The notes under the pieces are model-generated. The model had not been told where the DNA came from. It made no database searches and was given only the letters and a program-made list of their open reading frames with translations. 64,000 nt of DNA from Candidatus Aminicenantia bacterium (GTDB taxonomy: Bacteria; Acidobacteriota; Aminicenantia; UBA2199), in contig CBDDBX010000027.1 of assembly GCA_965225955.1 (NCBI GenBank), forward strand, positions 9,057-73,056, written 5' to 3'. Positions 56,590 to 64,000 of the stretch are shown one piece after another (position 1 is the first letter of the stretch; every line of letters starts with the position of its first letter). Made by a program: the position numbers and the translations under genes.

Positions 56590-57129
56590 TACATCCCTTT
56601 CAAAATCACAAACTTCTCAAATCAAAGAAAATTCCATATTGAATAGATGCGTCTCAGGGATGAGAATCCCGGAGGGGTTTGATTAAATCAGCTTGCTGAT
56701 TAAAGAAACCTGAGCTTGCGAAGGTTCCCGAAGGGTGAGCGTAGCGAATCAATCTCTGACTCTCCGCCATTTCTTTCTTTTTTAAAATTACAAAATTCAC
56801 AACTTAATAATAATTTTTCATCCTTCTTTATTTCGGGATTCGAACATTTATGTAGTGATAAGCTGCGTTCCTCGCTTATTCCCATCTGCGACATTACTCA
56901 TCCTTCACTTCGTTACGTCCTTCGTTCGCAGACCCTGACTCTCCGCCATACATCCCTTTCAAAATCACAAACTTCTCAAATCAAAGAAAATTTCATATTG
57001 AATAGATGCGTCTCAGGGATGAGAATCCCGGAGGGGTTTGATTAAATCAGCTTGCTGATTAAAGAAACCTGAGCTTGCGAAGGTTCCCGAAGGGTGAGCG
57101 TAGCGAATCAATCCCTGACTCTCCGCCTC
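56590..57129 (+). repeat. Tandem array of three ~180-bp units directly abutting the tRNA-Ser 3' end. Units U1a (56590..56769), U2 (56770..56948) and U1b (56949..57127) each end in a 14-16-nt copy of the tRNA 3' end ('ccctgactctccgcca'). U1a and U1b are near-identical; U2 is unrelated internally.
   Basis: Direct sequence comparison. U1 also carries a degenerate ~40-nt copy of the tRNA 3' half ('ggttcccgaagggtgagcgtagcgaatcaatctctgactctccgcca'). Confidence 0.8.
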
Positions 57130-57167
57130 TCCGCAGAAGCAGTGAGCCTGCGAACTCCTGTAAGGAA

Positions 57168-57190
57168 TAAAAGCAAAGGACTTTGCTTTT
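57168..57190 (+). terminator. Terminator-like hairpin downstream of the tRNA-linked array.
   Basis: 'aaagcaaaggactttgcttt' followed by 'tatataat'. Confidence 0.35.
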
Positions 57191-57441
57191 ATATAATCCC
57201 GCATAATGTTTAATGCTTTCGCTTCGCTACAGATATTAAAATCGGGATTGCGGAGATGGGAGCAAGCTCCAGCTTGTCACTTTATACGATTTTAAATTTT
57301 TAAGTCTTATTGGACTTTCTAATACCACCCCACCTGGAGTACCAGGCACCCCTCCTTAAAAGAAGGGGAGTTCTGTTTGTCTTGCAAAGAGCTACCTTTG
57401 GATGAATTCGCCTTCTGGTTCAAATATGTTACGATAAGCAT

Positions 57442-57708
57442 ATGTGGTATTTATATATTCTCAGATGTTCAGACGATTCCCTCTATACAGGTATAACAAC
57501 TGATGTAGAGAAACGGATTAAAGCTCACAGAGGTGAAATTCCCGGAGGGGCTAAGTATCTGAGAGGAAGAGCCCCTTTCGAACTTGTATTCCAGGTAGAA
57601 GCCGGCACAAAGAGTGATGCTTCCAAACTTGAACTACGTGTAAAAAAATTAACAAGAAGAGGCAAAGAGGCTCTTCTGGAAGACGCCTCTTTAATAGAAA
57701 AACTCTGA
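57442..57708 (+). CDS. GIY-YIG nuclease family small protein (UPF0213/YhbQ-like).
   Basis: 'LYILRCSDDSLYTGITTDVEKRIKAH' GIY-YIG motif; 88 aa. Confidence 0.7.
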   Translation: MWYLYILRCSDDSLYTGITTDVEKRIKAHRGEIPGGAKYLRGRAPFELVFQVEAGTKSDASKLELRVKKLTRRGKEALLEDASLIEKL

Positions 57709-57717
57709 ATATTCAGG

Positions 57718-59601
57718 CTACCAGTTCCACACCTGAACCCCTATGTAACCATTAATGAGAAGATAAACAGCTACAGTAAGATGAACAAGAGATGCTGCTG
57801 CAGAGTGGCTGTAGAGTAAAACAGATATTTCAGCTTTTCTGTTTCTGAAAATATAGAGGGCAGACCATACTGATAGAATTCCAAAAAGAAGAGAGAGCAG
57901 CATAAACATGATAGATCCAGTATTAACTGTTCCCATTAATCTCAGAAAACCGTAATGAGTATCTGCCATCATAACAGCAGGCGAAAGAGCAAATATACAG
58001 AGACTGGTGAGAAAAGGAAGTATGTTGATAAGAAGAGCTTTTTTATCTCTTCTGGAAGGGAAAAGAAAAATAATGCCTCTTATCAGAGCTGTAACAGGAG
58101 TTGTAATAAGAACCAGAAACCATAAAACAAGAACAGATAGTTGAAAAAACACTATAAAGCGGGATGTTTTTCTCAGCACAATCTCTCCGGCGTGTATTAC
58201 TTCTCCTTCAATCGGGTCATTTGCCAGAGCCATTCCGACTCTTCCGGTTTTAACAGATATGAAACGGTTGTTCTGAGTAGCTTTAAACTCTTTGGGACGT
58301 TTATTAAAGATATCGGTTTTAACAATTTTATCTTCTTTATGGAACAGCTTTACCAGTCTCTTCAGTTTTGTAAAAGGAGCAAAGAATCTGAATTTCGGAT
58401 TAACCGGCATGTAGTACCCGGTAAGATCTCTATCTGAAATAACTGCAGGTTCTGTCTCAACTGGAGGTACTGTAAGATTGCTGGTCTGAAACCCTTTAAT
58501 GAGATTTACTATTCTGGTCAGAGCCTCCTGGTTATTTGTATTAATCATCACCGCATAACCGGTATTCATGCCGGGGAGATATGCAAAATCTGCATCTCCT
58601 CCGGGTACACTGCCTCCATGAGAACGATAGATAAACTGTTTATAGGGAGCAGCGTGGTTTGCAAGTCCATACAGAAACATTCCTGATGACGAAACTGGCA
58701 GGGTTTCTGATCTTTCCATGCGGTCAAAAGAGTCTGGTTTAAGTATTTGATTGTCCTGAATCGTTCCCCGGTTAATAAACAGTCTTATCATTTTTAGCAT
58801 ATCTTCTGGAGAAGCATTAAGTGAACCAGAGGGCCTCATGAGCATATGGAAATACTCCGTTTTGTGGTTGTTATCATATAGATGAGCTCTGTGTTTTTTG
58901 TAATAAGGGGAGTTGAAGAAGGTCATATACTCAGAGTTCATAGGTTTAAAGAAGTATTCAGCTATATAATTTTCAAAACTCCTGCCACTTAGTTTTTCTA
59001 CAATATATGCTGCTACAGCGGGGCCGGAGTTACTGTAAAGATGTCGCGTCCCCGGAACCCATTGGGAGGTTCTGGAATCAGGGTACATATTAAGAGCATC
59101 TTTAAGTTTCAGAGGCGTTGGGTCGTTACTTGCAAATTCTGCAAATTTCCAGTAACACCAGCCGGTTGTATGTTCAAGGAGTTGTTCAACAGTAACAGGA
59201 TTGCTGTCTGACCAGGGATTATAGAATTTAATTTCCGGAACTAAATCCCTGACTCTGTCTTTAAGAGTAAGTTTCTCTTCCTCTTTCAGTTTTAATATTG
59301 CCAGAGCGACATACATCTTGGATATAGAACCTAATCTGAACATGGTTTTTCCGGTTGTTCTTATGCGATTGTCAAAATCAGAATACCCAAAAGCTTCCAT
59401 CCACTCACTACCATCAGGGTTTATGGTTGCTATACCTGCGGCTTTAATTCCAGCCTCTTTCAGAACGGCTTTGATGGATGCTTTAAGTTCTTCATGTGTC
59501 TTCGGTGGTTCTGAATATCTTTTATGGAGGTCCTGAGCTTTAACAGGATTTGTAATTAATAGAATAATAAGGATAAGTTTTGTACATAAACTGAATTGCA
59601 T
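57718..59601 (-). CDS. Serine hydrolase of the beta-lactamase/DD-peptidase family with a C-terminal multi-TM domain.
   Basis: Signal peptide; SxxK motif 'LGSISKMY'; four C-terminal hydrophobic helices. Confidence 0.7.
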   Translation of the reverse strand: MQFSLCTKLILIILLITNPVKAQDLHKRYSEPPKTHEELKASIKAVLKEAGIKAAGIATINPDGSEWMEAFGYSDFDNRIRTTGKTMFRLGSISKMYVALAILKLKEEEKLTLKDRVRDLVPEIKFYNPWSDSNPVTVEQLLEHTTGWCYWKFAEFASNDPTPLKLKDALNMYPDSRTSQWVPGTRHLYSNSGPAVAAYIVEKLSGRSFENYIAEYFFKPMNSEYMTFFNSPYYKKHRAHLYDNNHKTEYFHMLMRPSGSLNASPEDMLKMIRLFINRGTIQDNQILKPDSFDRMERSETLPVSSSGMFLYGLANHAAPYKQFIYRSHGGSVPGGDADFAYLPGMNTGYAVMINTNNQEALTRIVNLIKGFQTSNLTVPPVETEPAVISDRDLTGYYMPVNPKFRFFAPFTKLKRLVKLFHKEDKIVKTDIFNKRPKEFKATQNNRFISVKTGRVGMALANDPIEGEVIHAGEIVLRKTSRFIVFFQLSVLVLWFLVLITTPVTALIRGIIFLFPSRRDKKALLINILPFLTSLCIFALSPAVMMADTHYGFLRLMGTVNTGSIMFMLLSLLFGILSVWSALYIFRNRKAEISVLLYSHSAAASLVHLTVAVYLLINGYIGVQVWNW

Positions 59602-59750
59602 TTTTTCACCTCAGATATTAAGAACGGTAGTCAAAGGAATCTGTTCCTGAAATTATCCACAAAATGAAGACTATTCTGAATCGATAATGCATAAATACTC
59701 AGATGCAGTTTCTGTAGATGATATCTGAAGGGAACAGAGGAACTGCCAGT

Positions 59751-60152
59751 TTATTTTATTCCTGCTTTTTTCATAGCTTCAGCATAGTCCTGATCAGACA
59801 TTAATATGTGATTTATTACCCAGTCCATCAGAAATATCATTATATCTTTGAGGCTAAGCTGATTTCCCGCAATTCGCTGTTCTTCAAAATCTTTTACTAC
59901 TCTTATAAATTCCTGATGCTGCTTCTTGTGGGAAGGAAGATCTTTGTATCCTGCCAGATTCATATATCTCTCTTCCAGGGAAAAATGTTCTTCAGTATAT
60001 TTAAAAAGTTCCTGAATTATTTCGCCGATTTCTTCCTTCTTTCTGTTTGCTTTTATGAGATCACTGCATCTGCCTATCAGATCTATCAGGTGTGCATGCT
60101 GTTTATCAAGAGTTTCAACCCCAACACTATGTTTTATATCCAGATTTTCCAT
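59751..60152 (-). CDS. Hemerythrin-like metal-binding protein (bacteriohemerythrin).
   Basis: 'HFSLEERYM...HKKQHQEF' His/Glu ligand pattern; 133 aa. Confidence 0.75.
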   Translation of the reverse strand: MENLDIKHSVGVETLDKQHAHLIDLIGRCSDLIKANRKKEEIGEIIQELFKYTEEHFSLEERYMNLAGYKDLPSHKKQHQEFIRVVKDFEEQRIAGNQLSLKDIMIFLMDWVINHILMSDQDYAEAMKKAGIK

Positions 60153-60291
60153 TAGAACTCCTCAATATATTTTAATCTGATTCCCGTTTTAAACTTATAA
60201 AAAAAGTTAATAGGGCAATTATTATATGAGGACTATTAAGAATTATTAATTGGAGAGAAGGGCAGGGAGAACCCTGCCCGGAGTTTTTATG

Positions 60292-62286
60292 TCAATCTGT
60301 TTTAAACTGGTTAACGATTTCTTTCAGCTGCTCAGCTTCATTGGCAAGGCTTTCGGTGTTTTCTGCAACATTGGTAACAGCTTTTGAAGTCTCTTCAAGG
60401 CCTGCAGCTATATTCTGAACATCATTGTTTATACTCTCAATCTTGCTGTTCTCATCTTCAATTGAGCCGGTTATAAGCTGTGACGATTCTTTAATTTCAA
60501 TACTGTGAGTAACTATCTCTTCAAGAATAACCATAGACTCTTTATTCTTTTCAGAACCACTGTCTATTGCGGAAGCTACGTTATCCATTGAAGTTTTGGC
60601 TTTAATGGATTCACTCTGGAGAGTGCTGATAATATGTTCGATTTCGCTTGTAGCATTTCCTGTTCTTTCAGCAAGCTTTCTTACCTCATCAGCAACAACC
60701 GCAAACCCCCGGCCGGCTTCACCGGCTCTTGCAGCTTCAATAGCAGCATTAAGAGCAAGAAGATTGGTCTGATCAGAAACATCTGTAATTACTTCAACAA
60801 TTTTACCGATCTTTTCTGAAGATATTGTCAAATTCTCTATAATAGTTCTTAGTTCAGATGAGTGGTCTGAAATAGATTTAAAAATCTTATCAGATTCTTT
60901 TATAATAACCTCTTCTTTTACTGTTATCTGATGGGATTTTTCCATCTGGTCATAAGAGTGGTGGGCAGCATCAGATATTTTTACAGATGTTTCTGAAAGT
61001 TCATTAAGAGTCTCTGTAAGATTCTGGCACAACCGGTTCTGTTCATTAACGGTAAGAGAGAGCTCCTCAGTTGTTGATGAGATGTCAATTGAGTGGGATG
61101 TTACATCTGATGTTTTCAATTTAGTAACAGCTACAAGTTTATCAATCCTTTCTACAAATGTGTTGAACCACTGGGATAATTCCCCAAGTTCGTCGTTGGA
61201 ATCAACTTTAATTCTTACAGTCAGATCAGAATCACCTGTAGCTATATCTTTAACAGTGTCTACAAGAGAGTTTATAGGTTTTGTAATAGATGCAGCCAGC
61301 AGTGATAACATCAGCACAAGAAGGCCTGATACAATTAATATAGTAAGAAGAAGGGTATTTGAGAGATCATTGACCGGAGCATTAATTTCACTGTCATCAA
61401 CACTTAATACCAGATATCCGTTGAAGTTTTTAATATAGACGTAGAAGAAGTAGTAGAGTGAACCGTTATACTCATATTTTGTTACACCACTCTCTCCGTT
61501 TTTACTCTCTGTAATGAACTCCTTTATCGCCTGAAACTCTTCCTGTTCCTTTTTATTGAGATTTTTGTCTGAAGCTTTGTTCAGAAGAATCAGTTTACTG
61601 TTTTTATGGTAGATTATCTTAAGAGGAGAGCCGGTTTTATCTTCTCCAACCATGAAGATGTTGCCTGTTTTAAAAATGTTTACTTTATCAAAGAAGGCTG
61701 TAATGGTGGAAGGATTAAAATCGAAGCCACTTACACCAACCAGATTGCTGTTGAAGTATACCGGTGCTCTGTAGTTTATAAGAAGCTCTCCGGTTTCAGC
61801 TGCATAATCCACATCCCAGCAGGGTTTACCGTGAGATTTTGTTCTGGTGTACCAGTCTCTTGTATTAAGTCTGTAGTTGGCCTGGAATTTTCTTTTGGTA
61901 TTATCGTAATACATCTGACTCTTCTCTGACGCCAGAAAAGCAGTATTTATATCTCCGTTATTTCTTACTATACGGTTGAGCTGTTCAAAAACCTTTGCTG
62001 TTTCAGGCTCTTCATGATCAAGAACTCTCAGTTCATTGGTACTAAGCCATGATTCAGTCTGACGGTTTTTGGAAAATGTATCGATTGCTTTTGCATGGAT
62101 ATTCAGAAAGCCGTTAAAGTCGCTTGAGATTTTTTTTACAGCTTCAATAGCTCTACCATGGGTCTGATCAATTAAGATGTTCTGAAAGTAGATTTTGAAC
62201 ATCATAAGGAGAGCGATAAACATAACTAAACATACACTAAGGGTCGAAAATAGAAGTTTCTTTTTGATATTAAAGTTTTTAAGCAT
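60292..62286 (-). CDS. Methyl-accepting chemotaxis protein with a periplasmic Cache-like sensor and HAMP domain.
   Basis: The C-terminal MCP signalling domain has the characteristic Ala/Glu-rich heptads and the highly conserved '[34 protein letters not shown]' block. Confidence 0.85.
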   Translation of the reverse strand: MLKNFNIKKKLLFSTLSVCLVMFIALLMMFKIYFQNILIDQTHGRAIEAVKKISSDFNGFLNIHAKAIDTFSKNRQTESWLSTNELRVLDHEEPETAKVFEQLNRIVRNNGDINTAFLASEKSQMYYDNTKRKFQANYRLNTRDWYTRTKSHGKPCWDVDYAAETGELLINYRAPVYFNSNLVGVSGFDFNPSTITAFFDKVNIFKTGNIFMVGEDKTGSPLKIIYHKNSKLILLNKASDKNLNKKEQEEFQAIKEFITESKNGESGVTKYEYNGSLYYFFYVYIKNFNGYLVLSVDDSEINAPVNDLSNTLLLTILIVSGLLVLMLSLLAASITKPINSLVDTVKDIATGDSDLTVRIKVDSNDELGELSQWFNTFVERIDKLVAVTKLKTSDVTSHSIDISSTTEELSLTVNEQNRLCQNLTETLNELSETSVKISDAAHHSYDQMEKSHQITVKEEVIIKESDKIFKSISDHSSELRTIIENLTISSEKIGKIVEVITDVSDQTNLLALNAAIEAARAGEAGRGFAVVADEVRKLAERTGNATSEIEHIISTLQSESIKAKTSMDNVASAIDSGSEKNKESMVILEEIVTHSIEIKESSQLITGSIEDENSKIESINNDVQNIAAGLEETSKAVTNVAENTESLANEAEQLKEIVNQFKTD

Positions 62287-62984
62287 ACACCTGACCTTTC
62301 TTAACAGATTTTTAACAATATTTCATATTAGCATATAGGAAAAAAAATTTGCAACCGATAAAAAAATGTAAGAATAATAAGGCTATGAGAGGGTTTAGGT
62401 GGAGTATGATATATCAGGTCTGTTTCTTTGTAATGTTACAAATAGTTACGCTTATTACCTGAGAAAAGTAGGTAACCAGCTCAACTGGTCAGAGGAAATT
62501 ACCTGATTAATTTTAAATAAACTTTTTATACAAATTTTAGTGTAAAAAATTGATGCCGGATATTTTTTATTCTACTTTTCCTGAAAATTCTGATCAGATT
62601 AGAATATTTTCTGAATTTTCATTGCTTAATTGAATTTATAAGTTTTTTTTATTAACAGAATGGTATGAACTCATGCTCATAATCTATGTTACAGGTTGTT
62701 TTTGGTTTTTCAGGGGAGTAGTATTGAATAGTACAATTGCAGATTAAGAGTGAAGAAAGATTGGGTTCTTTTCGTCACAAATCAATGCTTTTTATGCCAT
62801 AATTCATTGATGGAGTCTGCTGTAAAAAGATTTGCCCGCAGTGTTTACTTTTTTATAAGTATAAACAGAAGGAGAAACTCACCCCCGGAGTTCCATAACC
62901 ATTAAGAGATACCTCTCAACCCACTCCAATTAAGAGTAAGAATAACAAGCCGGTAATTTCAAAAAAATAAAGGAGGGTATCTCT

Positions 62985-63497
62985 ATGCTTTTTATTACTA
63001 ACAGGTCTCCAAAAGGGTCATCACGATCTAAAAATGGAAGATCTTTTAAATTTGATCTAAATGAAAATGAACCCAGAAGTCAGGTTTACTGCTGCAGAAG
63101 AAATGGTTCTGGCGATTATACTGAAATAGGGGCAAAGGGTTTACTTGATGATCTCAGGAAGAATAAGTACAAACAAATTCTTCTGTATGTGCATGGTTAT
63201 TCGAATCTGCCAGAGCCTGATATTTTTCCAAGAGCTATAAAACTGCAGAAGTTCTTTGACCAGAAATCACCAGATAATGTAGCTGTTGTTGTGTTGAAAG
63301 GACATAACAGAAATGAGAACAAAGTTAAAGGTGCTTTGTTGTTTTATGACGGTAATGTGTATAAAGCAAGATTAATTAGAGGTTCTTATCTTATTAGGAA
63401 TGGATATTTTTATAATGTTATTGAATCAATTAGCAATGGAGCTGTATTAAAACTAAATGATAATTCATTGTGGTCAGTGCCTGATTATGATCAGTAG
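62985..63497 (+). CDS. Hypothetical protein (170 aa); weak resemblance to the N-terminal part of DUF900-type alpha/beta hydrolases ('LLYVHGYSN'). Possibly a truncated gene.
   Basis: AAGGAGGG RBS upstream; no catalytic Ser motif seen. Followed by a REP cluster. Confidence 0.4.
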   Translation: MLFITNRSPKGSSRSKNGRSFKFDLNENEPRSQVYCCRRNGSGDYTEIGAKGLLDDLRKNKYKQILLYVHGYSNLPEPDIFPRAIKLQKFFDQKSPDNVAVVVLKGHNRNENKVKGALLFYDGNVYKARLIRGSYLIRNGYFYNVIESISNGAVLKLNDNSLWSVPDYDQ

Positions 63498-63689
63498 GAT
63501 ACTAATTATTGGTTACCACCATACCCTGTAATCATTTCTTATGACCGACTGTTTATGATAAATGTAAAAAAAGGAAAGCAGATATGGGTTAATAAAATTA
63601 GGTGATTTTATTAAAATTTACTAATCTTATTTGCTTGATAACGCCTTAATAATACTAAAAGATAAAAAAAGTAACAAATTGAGGTAGTT

Positions 63690-64000
63690 TGGTTGAGGGC
63701 GGATACAATACTTTCCCTATGATAGGGCAAAGTAAGATCCGCCCCTACGGGTGATTTGAGTATTAATATGTGCGTTTAGGTTTTACAAGTATGTTGGGGG
63801 AGTGAGCGGATGGTGGGTTGGTTTGGCCTGTTAAACGGGAGCATACTCCGTTATGGTAAAACCATAACTCCGATGCTCCCCTACAAATCGTGTCTCTTAT
63901 CATAATATCGGTGTTGTTTTTTGTGCTGTTATTCGCAAGCTCACTACTCCTGCGGAGACCCCTGCAAATCGTGTTTCTTATCATGATGTTGGTGTTATTA
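63690..64000. repeat. REP/BIME-like cluster F at the window end. Palindrome 'gggcggat...atccgcccctac' (63694..63748), R3 long form (63820..63880), and a duplicated 'ccctacaaatcgtgt(c/t)tcttatcat' tail.
   Basis: Same module family as 2760..9433. The R3 copy carries compensatory changes (gggagcat / atgctccc) that preserve the stem. Confidence 0.75.

Noticed and set aside
56770-56948. Possible second tRNA on the minus strand (U2 contains the reverse complement of 'gttcgaatccc')
   Set aside because: No acceptor, D or anticodon stems can be paired around it. This is an 11-nt similarity only.
56590-57129. tRNA-linked tandem units as a CRISPR-like array
   Set aside because: The 'repeat' is just the 14-16-nt tRNA 3' end. 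The intervening ~165-nt segments are far longer than spacers, and two of them are near-identical to each other.
59808-60155. 115-aa plus-strand ORF
   Set aside because: Fully antisense to the hemerythrin gene, whose ligand motifs are intact.

Overview
This 64-kb window is a bacterial chromosomal segment, low-to-moderate GC, with Gram-negative-type content (MATE pumps, an HlyD membrane-fusion protein, lipoproteins, CheY/CheZ, MCP, GGDEF). The taxon cannot be assigned from sequence alone. Most of the window is ordinary housekeeping and envelope genes: an M20 peptidase, typA, panBCD, nadE, rsmI, purF, miaA, glnN, trxA, an aminopeptidase P, chemotaxis and c-di-GMP signalling genes, and a C39-peptidase ABC exporter with HlyD. 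Three regions stand out.

1. A ~6.7-kb accessory island at 2760..9433 is built from dense clusters of modular, GTAG/CTAC-tagged palindromic repeats (REP/BIME-like). These clusters delimit single-gene cassettes: a secreted multidomain protein, a REP-associated tyrosine transposase (RAYT; the arrangement is a REPtron), a nucleotidyltransferase plus small-protein pair (toxin-antitoxin/Abi-like), and a C69 dipeptidase. The same repeat family recurs at the window end (63690..64000), and its copies show compensatory substitutions that preserve the hairpin stem.

2. A tRNA-Ser(UGA) gene (56500..56589) is followed by a tandem array of three ~180-bp units. Each unit ends with a copy of the tRNA 3' end, an att-like scar of serial integrations or a tRNA-linked repeat.

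3. A translationally coupled Arn/Gtr-like module at 12502..16402 (GT-C membrane glycosyltransferase, FdtA-like isomerase, DegT aminotransferase, GT2 polyprenyl-phosphate glycosyltransferase) is predicted to put a 3-amino-3,6-dideoxyhexose on a lipid carrier and then on an envelope acceptor.

Other points: a split glutamine-dependent NAD synthetase, a divergent cheYZ / PilT-like ATPase locus with an N-terminal extension, a DUF1848 protein with a C-terminal CX3CX2C motif, and a Met-rich secreted protein. No CRISPR array, rRNA or clear prophage was seen.
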